A stretch of 64,000 bases of DNA from Eledone cirrhosa (taxonomy: Eukaryota). This document shows, piece by piece, positions 1 through 11,803 of the stretch (positions are counted from its first letter, which is position 1; each line of letters starts with the position of its first letter). Where the stretch lies: contig OZ024742.1 of assembly GCA_964016885.1 (NCBI GenBank), positions 60,946,001 to 61,010,000 on the forward strand, written 5' to 3'. The notes under the pieces are model-generated. The model was given only the letters and a program-made list of their open reading frames with translations, was not told where the DNA came from and did not search any database. The translations under genes were made by a program, and so were the position numbers.

Positions 1-300
1 TATTTATTACATAATCACACACAAGAAGAAACTGCTGAATAACAGAATTGAACGAACATTATTCTGCCGTCACAGAACTAAAACCCTTTTTTCCCACTAC
101 AAGCAGAATATTACATAAAAGAGGGACATCCCCCAACTATATAAACCTTAATCTAGTTAGAAAAATATAAAAACAATCTCTTCTCAACATATATTAATAA
201 CCTTAAATTACCATACTAATAATGAAAAGATATGCTGATGAGAATAGGTACAAATATGCGATAATGAATGTGTCTAAAAACGTCCATAAGTATGTATATA
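1..300 (+). mobile_element. 3' end of a Penelope-like element (GIY-YIG C-terminus plus 3' UTR with decayed hammerhead)
   Basis: Manual translation from about 29 gives KLLNNRIERTLFCRHRTK, matching the LNxRxExxxxCxH tail of the PLE ORFs at 3022-3582 and 41718-41909. tatg-CTGATGA...aaaaCGTC-cata at 231-288 is a hammerhead with GAAA mutated. Ends in (TA)n. Confidence 0.6.
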
Positions 301-441
301 TATGTGAAAATGTATATAAATAAGTAAATATATATATATGTTTGATGTGTATAGTTAGATGTAAGTGTATTCATGTATTAAAGTGCTTATATATATATAT
401 ATGTGTGTGTGTATGTGTGTATGTGTGTATGTGTGTATATG

Positions 442-522
<81 letters not shown>

Positions 523-800
523 GTATGTATGTATGTGTATGTGGATGTGTATGTATGTGTATGTGTGTACACATGGACTAGAGTATGTATGTATATATGT
601 GTGTGTCTATACGTGTGTATATATAAAGATAAGTTGAGTATGAAAATGTATACACATGAGCGCGTATGTATGTACATGAATACATGTGTGTATATATATG
701 TGTATGCATGTGTATATATATGTAAGTATGAATATGTGAATTGTGAGTATATGTATTTTGTAGAGGTGTGCAAATATATTTGTGTGTGAATGCGTGGGTG
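290..800. repeat. (TA)n/(TG)n/(TATG)n compound microsatellite
   Basis: Directly visible; source of the YI/CV/HT junk ORFs. Similar tracts recur throughout (e.g. 1238-1507, 4240-4550, 21160-21538, 24220-24500, 32478-32842, 44480-44742). Confidence 0.98.
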
Positions 801-1082
801 AAAGAATACTACACTTGAAAGAAAAATTTAAGTCTGAATGTTAAGTGCAAACACAAAACCAACCACGCATATCTTTACTATCTCTAATCCTTCTATAGAT
901 TTAGAAAAATAACCAATAATATATTCTATAAAAAATGTCAAAACAACAGACGGGAATCTAATTACTCACTGCCACCAAGAATTCTCACTGCTATCGAAAA
1001 ACCACTCCTTCAACTATTCTTCTAACAACTTCACCCCTCCCTCCTAATATTCTCTATAAAAACTAAATAGGTCCTCAGTAAT

Positions 1083-1135
1083 ATTATTCTGATGAAATGA
1101 CAGTAAATAATAACATTGAAATATTGAATGTCTGC
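1083..1135 (+). ncRNA. Decayed hammerhead-like motif in a repeat 3' end
   Basis: CTGATGA-aatg...catt-GAAA-tattgaatg-TC; stem II aatg/catt present, stem I poor. Confidence 0.4.
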
Positions 1136-1234
1136 ATAACTAAAAGTTTGTAGATAGCTGTTTTAGGTTATGTAACTGTTATAGAAACACGTGTCAATAA
1201 ATTCCTTTCAACTAAACTGTATCCATTCAAATCT

Positions 1235-1328
<94 letters not shown>

Positions 1329-1436
1329 GCGTGTGTGTATACAAACATATATATATATAAACATATGTATAAATATATATATATAATACATATATATGTG
1401 CATACATATATACTATACATACATATATACGTATAT

Positions 1437-1509
<73 letters not shown>

Positions 1510-3021
1510 ACCAAATTATAAACGTAAACATGTAAGTATGTTTTTGAAACGGTGCGCGAGTTTGAAATTAGAAATTAGAAATTATAAGCTTTCACCGTAT
1601 TTTTAGACTAAAGAAATTTCTAGCCTGATAGCGGGGTTTATAACCCTCGGAGAAATAGAAAAAGATAAGTGTTGCCGTATATATATGTAAGAGGTGAGTT
1701 TAATTGTAGCACAATAAAGCAATGCAAATATCGGATAAGTAGCACTCTACAGTTTGTAGGACTGAAGTATAAATAATATAAGATCAAATGTTGATTAAAA
1801 GAATTCCAAGTATTTTATTATGCGTATTTCAAAAACAAATATCATCATGGGATGATATCTGCGTTCTCATCAGATAAAATAGGAAGGCATGATATGAAGC
1901 TTAAAAAACACTTGTGAGCAGTGAAGTTTTAAATCAACATATGAAAAATATATTATGATGGACGTATGAGATTGGGAAAAAGTGCGGGGGAGGGGTGTTG
2001 GAAATGGTAAGTAAGAGGGAGAAATAAGAGTAAAGGATGGTGAGGGAGGAGTATAAGAAGGAAGGATGAGAGAGAGATAGCCTTTACAACTGAGAAAATA
2101 TTGTCTCACAGAGAGAAATTAAAAAGCCGTTGGAAGATAATAGATAATTTAAAAGATTTTGAAGTTAAAAGTTAATGAGGTTTATGCATGAAGAAAAAGG
2201 AATTAAGAATAGTATTAAATTAAGGTTTGTATATTGAAGGGTTTAATAATATGTGCGAAGAAAAGAATCTATTAATATGTATTATTAAGATAAAAATATT
2301 AATGATATTAAGGATATAATGTGAAAAGAAGGAGAAGAATAAATGAGTTATGAATTTAGAGGAATTAGTTAGGGTTTAAGTTTGTTTTTATGTATTATGT
2401 ATACGTAAATAGTATGTTTAAAATGAGCATGGAAGGAGAGGAGAAAATAGAATGTTTACGGAAGAAAACGTATATATGTTACGTCAAAAAGTATATATGT
2501 TTACGAAATATTTTCTAATGGTAATATTATAATATATTAAAAAGAAATTAGTTGGGGTTTAAGTTTGCTTTTATGTATTGTAATATGTAAAAGTAAAAGT
2601 TAGTAATGGATTTTAAATGAGCAGGGAAGGAGAGAAAGAGAGAAGAAACATTTAAGGAAGAAGAAGAAAAAAATCTAACCTCAAAAAAGTTTATATGTTT
2701 ACGGAAATCTTCTAATGGTAATATTATAAGGTATTTAAAAAATATAGTTTTAATGGCCAATAATAAGAGGAAAGATGGAAGAATGGAAAATGCTGTAGTG
2801 AGTAATAATATGAATTGAGAAGTAATTGGGAGGAAAAAGTACAGATTAGAGATTAGAAATTAAAAAAAAAAAAGGAAAATGATAAAGAAGAATGACATAG
2901 AATGAGTAATTTGCATTATATAATATATAATACTGAAATAAGGTAGAAAGATGGGTATATTTATAAAAGATATATAAGCCTTTGTGAAAAGAGGATTTTA
3001 AACTAATAAGGTATTAAGATA

Positions 3022-3582
3022 TTAACTGTATACTTTATGGAATGTTCTGTGGAATTTATGCAAGCATAGCGAAAATAAATCTGTGCGTCTATTTATTATA
3101 GAATTCAAATTAGATATAATGGTAAATTTCTCGGCTAGGCAGAGATTACATGTTCTGGAGAGGGAAGAATTCAGGTAGGGAAAAGCGGAAGAAACCTTTC
3201 TCCAAGAGATGTTATAGTTAATACTTTTGTCTTTTAAAGACCATATGAGTTCCGAGAGTGCCGTTTTAGTTCTTTTAAATTGGTATTTAAAAGACGATTT
3301 GTAATTATAAAAACTAACTTTGAAGGAAGTGGAAGTGGAACCGAAATAGGTAAAAGAATTAGTATCAGTTATAACCTTACATTCATATACTAAGTTTTTA
3401 TCAAGACAATGGTTATTAAGAGGACATTTAGTTTTATTAGGGCAATTACAATTACGATTAGAGAAATTAACAGAGTTATTAACAAGTGACCTAGTATTAT
3501 TTATAGAATGAATTGGATTGGAGAAGTTATTTACGATAGGAACAATAATTTTCTGATTTAGATTGGTGTTATGAACATTCAA
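3022..3582 (-). pseudogene. PLE GIY-YIG endonuclease domain (CxCx5C linker, CxLC...CxH C-terminal extension), 5' truncated
   Basis: CNCPNKTKCPLNNHCL, LVYECKV...YFGST (GIY-YIG motif), TALSELIWSLK, CNLCLAEK, INRRTDLFSLCLH. From memory this Cys pattern fits the Hydra clade of PLEs; needs phylogeny. Confidence 0.85.
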
Positions 3583-4134
3583 CGAAGTTACGTTTGACGT
3601 CGTATTTAAATTTACAGAATCTAGCCTAATTAATTCCTAACTAATTCCTCTAAATTCATAACTCATTTATTCTTCTCCTTCTTTTCACATTATATCCTTA
3701 ATATCCTTAATATTTTTATCTTAATAATACATATTAATAGATTCTTTTCTTCGCACATATTATTAAACCCTTCAATTTAATACTATTCTTAATTCCTTTT
3801 TCTTCATGCATAAACCTCTTTAACTTTTAACTTCAAAATCTTTAAAATTATCTATTATCTTCCAACGTTTTTATAATTTCTCTCTGTGAGACAATATTTT
3901 CTCCGTTGTAAAGGCTATCTCTCTCTCTCTATCGCCCATTTCTCCTCCTCTCTCATCCTTCCTTCTTATACTCCTCCCCACCATCCTTTACTCTTATTTC
4001 TTCCTCTTCCTTACCTTTTCCACCCCACCCGCACTTTTTCCCAATCTCATACATCCATCTTAATTTATTTTTCATATGTTGATTTAAAACTTCACTGCTC
4101 ACAAGTCTTTTTTAAGCTTCATATCATGTCTCGC

Positions 4135-4205
4135 TATTTTATCTGATGAGAACACAGATATCATCCCATGATGATATTTGTTTTTGAAATGCGCATAATA
4201 AAATA
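4135..4205 (+). ncRNA. Type I hammerhead ribozyme (second copy on - strand at about 1811-1881; third copy at about 24841-24903)
   Basis: Stem I tattttat/ataaaata; CTGATGA 4143-4149; stem II acagatatcat/atgatatttgt; GAAA 4186-4189; palindromic stem III ATGCGCAT; AUA cleavage triplet. Confidence 0.82.
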
Positions 4206-4310
4206 CTTGGAACTCTTTTAACCATCTTTTGATCTTATATTACATATATATATATATATATAAATGAAAAGTATAGAAATTGTTAGCCACAAAGCTAACA
4301 GTATTCGATA

Positions 4311-4387
<77 letters not shown>

Positions 4388-4389
4388 CT

Positions 4390-4435
<46 letters not shown>

Positions 4436-4439
4436 AGAT

Positions 4440-4520
<81 letters not shown>

Positions 4521-4871
4521 GTGCGCGTGCGTGAGAGTATGTGTGTGTGTAAATGAAATGAATTGTAAAACAGAATTTGAACATCTGCTTGTAACGAAAC
4601 ATCTGGAATATGATGCAATATCAGCAGGTGCAACTACGCTAAAACCTCACTAATGGTAACAAATTATCGAATGCAATAGAAAACATCTGGGATCATTAAC
4701 AGTATAATCCAATTAAACTAGGATAAACATTAATGAGATAAAATATGGTGAAATTTCACTAATTTGAATGAATTATGAAGCCAAGGAGATGTTATATAAA
4801 TATATATAACACACACAACCCCCTATTCACACACACACACACACACACACACACTGACACACACACACGCG

Positions 4872-4919
<48 letters not shown>

Positions 4920-6327
4920 TACACACATATATATGGGAGTGTGTATGTGTGTGTGTATTAAATAACAAATACAGCGTTTGAATTTCATACATAAACACCC
5001 ATTATGAATAGAGATAAAAAGGATGAAAGAATAACTTTGTTACTTAAACTGATGTATATGGAAATATCTGATGAAGAATAAGCTACGTTCTTACTGCTTT
5101 CATGAATTTAATCATTGGTCTTATTGTATAAACTATTTAAATTTGTAATATATGTATGGGGGAAATAATGCATGGTGTATTAAAATGACTGAACAAAAAC
5201 ACTCACATGACGCCGGGTTTATTGTCTTTTTACGTGTTTTAGCACACACACACACACACACAAATATATATATATATGTGTGTGTGTGTCCACGTGTGTG
5301 TGTGATGTGTATGCGATAGAAAAGGTATAAACAACACAGCAAAGTGATACAGTACAATGAAGTTATGTATTAGTTTAAAGCTGGATATAGTACGAACAGA
5401 GTCTTAACATATCGCGCATAGCAGCATAATAAAATTCCTGTAAAATGCTGTGTATATACAGATACAACTTCATCATACACTTCGGTTGCGAAGCCATCAC
5501 ATTAGTGGAAAGTTTACTCGGCCTGATCTGAGGATCGGCTGATTTCCTTTCTTGATCCGTACGATTTTCTTACTGTTTTAGTGAGGGAAGAAAAGGCATT
5601 ACCGTTGACTATAGCCTCTAATGTAGGTACCCCAAATCGGAGGCCTACCCCAAATGCTTGCAGGTTGTACTTTTCTAAAAACACCATAGAATCAGGTATT
5701 AGCAATGAACAGGCGGATCAGCAAAAGCCAGATATTGAAATCAAAACGCAAAGTGTTCGAACAAATACCGGTCGCTTCTTTATCATTCTCTTCCTCATCA
5801 CACCATTCTTCTTCTTCTTCCTCTTCTTTGAGTAAGACCTAATTCTTTTATCATTATTAGGGCTGTGATTTTTTCCCCGTATGTTCATAGTAATGCTTGA
5901 CACATTCCACGGCTGTCATATTGAATATAAAAACGGAAAAATCATTCAGAACACGTTGTCTTAAAAAAGAATCATTCAGAACACGTTGTCAATGAAGAAT
6001 TACAATCATCCATTGAACTTAGAGGTATCAGTATAGGAATTCTAGTGCTTAGAAAGGGATATAACACACAGAAGATTCTATTATAAAACTGCCCATTGAA
6101 ATACAGTAGCGAGAATGACCAACTATATACTCAGTTATTTTACAGTATTATCGTAACAACGTAAGAATCTGACAGGTCAAATAGATGTCTCTCTCTCAGC
6201 CCCCCCCCCCCCCCATTCCCCCTCTGCGTTTATGTCTGCAGGCATGGATGTGTGAATACAGGGATTTTTTAGGAACCATGTGGTTCCTGTTTCACTCCCA
6301 CTGTGAGCACTCTATATATCTATATAT

Positions 6328-6583
6328 ACGTGAAGTAATTCCGTCGGGAAGGTCCAGGAAAAAAGAGTGCTCTATGTAGGTTACAGAGCTTAATAGTTAT
6401 GTAATACACAACATAAGGTAATTATTTCATTTACCAGTGGTTTCTTGAAAGCAAACAAAATTTGCTTTCAATCATCAGAATGATGGATTTTTTCATTCTG
6501 ATGATTGAAAGCAAATGTTGTTTGCTTTCAAGAAACCACTGGTAAATGAAATAATTACCTTATGTTGTTTATTACATAACTAT
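6328..6583. mobile_element. Miniature palindromic element made of two outward-facing hammerhead-bearing arms
   Basis: About 6393-6483 is a near-perfect reverse complement of about 6493-6583; ~65-bp extra tail on the left; (TA)n on both sides. Confidence 0.85.
6491..6551 (+). ncRNA. Type I hammerhead ribozyme (mirror copy on - strand at about 6425-6483)
   Basis: Stem I tttcatt/aatgaaa; CTGATGA 6498-6504; 11-bp stem II ttgaaagcaaa/tttgctttcaa; GAAA; stem III ACC-act-GGT; GUA cleavage. Confidence 0.9.
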
Positions 6584-6604
6584 ATATATATATATATATA
6601 TATA

Positions 6605-9600
6605 CTAGCTTAATGACCCGGGTTACTGCTGTACTAATTCAAATCAGTAAACAACAAATATGAAGATATATGTTTTTTCTCATAATTATTTCAAAATATC
6701 TATATTTTATAAAAAAAGATATAAAAATCGTAATGTTAATAGGTTTTAGAAATGAAATTCTGTCAATCTTGAAGCACCTCAGGGTAAACAATATTCATTG
6801 TGTAATTTGTTGTAGGTGTTCAAATGAATAAATTGTTGGTGCTACCATCTCGTGAGCAACCAACATAGAGTTAGCCGTGGGAGAAACATGTAGTAGAAAA
6901 ATCAAGTCCAGCTACTTTGTGTGATTGACCCTGAGATTTGTTAATTGAAGTAACAAAACTTAGTTTGACTGAAAACTGAAGCCTCTTAAATTGAAATGCA
7001 ACATCTGTAGGTATGAGAGGAATTTTTGGAATAAAGACATTTTCTCCTTTGTGACTACCTGTTATCGTTGTTGCCTCTAGGGCTTCATGGAAGTAACAAT
7101 TAAGCGAGTCCCATTACACAGTCGAGGTGGGTCAAGTTTCCAATGCAACATAATTGGAGCACCCAGCTTCAGTGTCAAGTTATGCGGTGTATGAACACCT
7201 TGTAGAAATACTCTCATGTTGTTTGTAAGATGAAGTTTTTTCACGTCTCCAAAGGTACGATTTTTTAAGCATGCATTGACCTTTGGGGGAAACTGGCTAC
7301 GTTTGATGAAAATCTCCTGCAAGAAGAACTGTTACTCCTCCAATGATCGTGCTACTGTTTTTTTATGCCTTGGAAGGTACGGTCAAGTGCCTCTGGAGCT
7401 CTACGATGTGACCTAGTGAACTCATCCCAGACAATGAGGCAAGTTTGTTGGAGAACTGTTGCCATTGCAGAGCTTTTGGAAATCTTGCACATTTGAGATT
7501 CTTTCAGTACAAGGTTTAGAGGGTGTTTTAACATGGAATGAGCGGTTCTTCCCCCATTGAAGAGGGTAGCGGCAATACCAGAAGATGCAACAGCTAAGGA
7601 AATTTGATTCTGCTGGCGGACTGTGGCAAGTAGTAAATTCATTAGGAATGTCTTTCCTGTACCACCTGGAGCATTAAAAAAAACGTCCCTTCTTTCATGT
7701 TTGACTACATCAATGCTTGTATTATATGCATATCTTTGCAATTGTTGAAGCTTAGGCTCATTTACATTGACAAACTCTGCCAGAACATCTAAATTGTAAG
7801 AAGTTTCTCGGAGAATTTCATGGCACAACTTTTGTTGTTGTTGTCTGTTGGTAGATGCCAATCCATACTCATTTAGATCTTTCTGTCCCAAATTATGGAG
7901 TTCATGCTCAAGCAGTATCAAATTTTTATTGAGAATATAGTCAATTAATTGAAGGTCAAGGTTTGGATATTCTCTTTCAGTACGATTGAGAATATCCTCA
8001 CTTAGGTCATGCTTGTGATTCTAGCATAGCTGTTTAGGATTGGACAGATCAGATGTGGAGCAGCATTGCAAATAAATCCCTCAGCAGCTTCAGTTAAGGT
8101 GTCATGCCAGTGAGAATCATTTTCTAACAGTCCTTGTCTGTAATATGATTCGCGCTAATTTTTACATAGTTGATTCTCAGATCTTCAGAAGACTTTGTTT
8201 CTCTAACCACATGAAGTAACATGCGAAGAAAATAACATTCAAATTTGTTTGGATGTACAGTATAGACCCTCAAAGCGCATCAACTTTCTTAATTCCGGGT
8301 CATCCTTCAACATATTTCCCTCTTGCTCTCCTCCTCCATATCTTATTAATTTGAATCCATGTATAGAAGTTTGGGACTTGTTGGTAAAGTAATGCTGCAG
8401 AAAATGAATCCTGATTACAAAGTTTAAAGGAAGCAGTAAAGGTTGTTGCCTGCTGGGGATTTTCAGAATTAAAGATTACACGCTGGTAATTATCTAAATG
8501 TACGGCAAGATGAACTACTGTTGGATAGCTTTCATGAATTGGAAAATTGAAAAGTTGCCATGCTGCCTTATTACAGCTAAGATATCGAGCCATCTGGTAC
8601 CATGTTACTCATCATTTTTATCTATAGCTTTTAGTCCAATTATTGCCATATCAGATCCCTTATTTATATACTTACAAACATACTTGATTGATTTGACAGA
8701 ATTGCAAATTTCCACATCGATGTGAGTGTTGAAAACTTTGCGCAATATTGGTCTATATGGAATAATCCACCTGTTATCAATTTCTAACTGATGATTCTGT
8801 CTTACTCTCATGCTTGCTCTGAATCCTCCCTGGCTTGGGTTACGACGTCTGTAGAGTGGAACAAAAATGATATCTTATTTGAGTTTCATCTAAAAATTGC
8901 TGTGGATAGTGTTTGAATTGAAATTGATTGTACCACTCGGACCATGAACCATCTGCCTTTTTACAGTTTCAAACAGTTCCGAGTCACTTTCTGGATCTGG
9001 TAATTCAGCACTAATGATGGTATCAATTTAATCAAGATGAATTTTTTTCACTTTACCAAAACAGCATATGTGCATTTGGAAGGATTCTCTTTTGCCATTC
9101 AATAGTGTACATATGGCAAATAGTAGGTCCCAAAATGGCACTGTTTTTGTTGGTGATCAGATAAACCATTTTTAGAACTCTTTGACGAAACATTCTTGCA
9201 ATAATATAATGTCGATGACGGGGTTCTTGACCTGGAAGAAGGTTAGATTTTATTTCCTCCCATTTAGGATTGCACGTTAAAGTGACAAATAGATTTGGTT
9301 TTCCATATGGTTTTCCTGACATATATCATAGCCTCTTGTATTCGTTCATGCATGTATGGAGGACCTCCTGTGAATGATAATGGAACGATTATAAGTTGCC
9401 CCATTGTTTGAATATCACTATCTGTCCTCAGAGCATCTTGTAGATGGACCTAATTTTCAGCCCTTAACCTTTTTTTATTGTTTCGAATGTAGAGGAGATG
9501 GTCACCACCAACTTCAGCATACATATCAAATAGGTATTGATGAAGAAGATCACGATACATGTGTATTTGATTGATTGTTCTGGTCTTAACATCAGTTGGT

Positions 9601-10940
9601 AAGAATAGATGCCATTTGACAATACCGTTTTGTTGTAATTGGCTCTCATGCTGCAGGTTCAATCTGCGGAATATTGAAATGATACCCATCTTGTCCATTC
9701 CACAATCTAAGAGGATACCGGAAAGCATCATAAGAGGTATGAGTCTCTCAAACACGTTTAAGGTTGTTATCTCGAGCACAAATGAGAATATCACGATTTG
9801 CATGGGAATCACCTACGTTAAGGATCTCTACTTCATTAGAAGTGGGTTCATTAAAACGACGTACATATTCACCATGCGGTCGTTTGTGAACGTGGATAAT
9901 CACCTTGAGGTTGTTGTTCAATAACTGTTTTAACAACTTGAACAGGGCATTGTTTTCAAGCAACATATTTTGCAATTGATGAACAATGTTTATATCCAAA
10001 TTTCTGAGGTTTTGACACCTTCTTCGGGTTTGTTGTTCTACATCACTCATAAACTAAATTCTGAGGAACTTTGGTTGTTCATTTGTGGGCAACAGGGAAA
10101 CAATGAGGTGATAGACTTGTCCTTGAACTTGGAATGTCGGCATAAATCCATGTTCAACTATTTCTTTACATGCACCAAACGATGCCATTTGAAAAACAGA
10201 GTTGTAATGTCTAATATTGTTCAGAAAATCCTTTGACTGGATGGAAGTGCCTTCCAAAAGATGCATAAGCAGTTGCGGAGTAGCTGGTAGTGCTGGCAAT
10301 CTTACCTTGCCGCCTGAGCAGCACATGCCATTTGTTTCATTTGGAAATTGTAAAGCTTTGCAGAAATGACAATTTGAGTTTATCACACCAATTTGGACAG
10401 AATTATCACTTTTATATGAATGGGATGGATCATATCTTAAAGCAGTTGTGAACAACGAAGTTGTACATGGTATGTTTCTGAGAGATATTCTATTGGACAT
10501 ATGTCTAATCTGGCGTGCTAAACCTTGTTTCAATGAATCAGCATTAAGTGCTGCAGTATGCCTTTGCCTATCTTGGGAAAGTTTCATCTCCCTTCTCTCT
10601 TGAGAATCCATCTAACGTGCTGCAACATGCTTTTGCCTACCTTGGGAACATCTCATCTCCCTTCTCTCTTGAGACAAAACTTTTATATATATGTAGATAT
10701 ACACACACACACACAGTATTTGACCGCTGTGATTTACTGGTTAATTGGTGAAAGATATTTTTTATTTAAAGAAATATATGCAAAGGAGATTAATCATTTT
10801 AAAAGGTATCTATATTTGAAGTTATAGTTAAACTTTAATTAGTTACCTACCTAGCTATGTGTGCTTACACACTTTACAAATTATTCCCTGAGATTGTTTC
10901 ATGTGTTTCTTTCATATATATGTGTCAATCTATTTATAGT

Positions 10941-10943
<3 letters not shown>
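6605..10943 (-). mobile_element. Helitron, decayed Rep/helicase, termini intact
   Basis: 5' TC at 10943 and 3' CTAG at 6608-6605, inserted between A and T. HUH Rep motifs YGKPNLFVTLTCNPKW and IEWQKRILPNAH (9053-9322). PIF1 helicase APGGTGKTF, ASSGIAAT...GGRTAHS, IVWDE (7352-7921) and PPRLCNGTRL (7077-7322). N-terminal CHFCKA...CCSGGKV. Many stops and frameshifts. Confidence 0.95.
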
Positions 10944-11002
<59 letters not shown>

Positions 11003-11006
<4 letters not shown>

Positions 11007-11324
11007 GGGAATCAGTAAAATCGAATCTCTGGTGGTTTGCAAGTAATTCGGCCTACTTATATGAAGTGATGGGTTAGCGAAGCACTCAATAAGATAGGTC
11101 TCAGAGTTATAACATATGATTAAATAGCTTGACAAATCGAACATTGTGGTAGGCTAAACTAACACACAATACATACCAAAGTAACGAAGAAACTAATCAG
11201 GTTCAGAAAAATAGACCTGGACAGATCAGACGAACGTTTGAAATGTTTCTCTGACTCCGAAATCAGATATCAGACTTACTTTAGTGGCAAGTTCATGGTA
11301 TTGGTGACTGAACAGAGAATCATT

Positions 11325-11325
<1 letters not shown>
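11003..11325 (-). mobile_element. Probable PLE-type 3' end with decayed hammerhead
   Basis: Minus strand CTGAT(-)A-tctga...tcaga-GAAA near 11245-11275 and a GAGTGCT tail motif at 11081-11087; flanked by (TA)n. Confidence 0.4.
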
Positions 11326-11362
<37 letters not shown>

Positions 11363-11727
11363 AATATAATTTCACCCAGATCGTATTTCAGCGGTGGCCA
11401 ACAAAAAAAACAGAGCAATCTTCGAGATAGTCGGCAAGTGCTCAATAGACTAGTATGAAGCCGGAGCAATTAACATGCGTTATAAAGGCCAGACAAAAAT
11501 GAATATAGTGGCTGTGAAGTCACAAGCCACGGCAGTCGAGAAAACGAACAAGCTAAACAGGTTATCATATACATATACATATATGAAATGATACAGCCAA
11601 TTTTCCACACAATACAATTAGTTAGAACCCCGAACGTTTAATTAGGAATATACTCAGGTATTTCCTAATGTTTGTTAAGTGAGTTGGAATTTGGCCGGAG
11701 TATAGCTATTAGCTTTCTCCGATTATG

Positions 11728-11800
<73 letters not shown>

Positions 11801-11803
<3 letters not shown>

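Larger units (their letters stand above)
1688..4240 (-). mobile_element. 5'-truncated Penelope-like element with inverted copy of its 3' end (inverted pLTR)
   Basis: GIY-YIG ORF at 3022-3582 (-). 3636-4240 is the reverse complement of about 1776-2374. The left arm has an extra ~90-bp tail. Both ends abut (TA)n and each arm carries a hammerhead. Confidence 0.88.

Noticed and set aside
5062-5095. CTGATGA-agaa/ttct hairpin
   Set aside because: GAAA and stem III are missing; at most a remnant.
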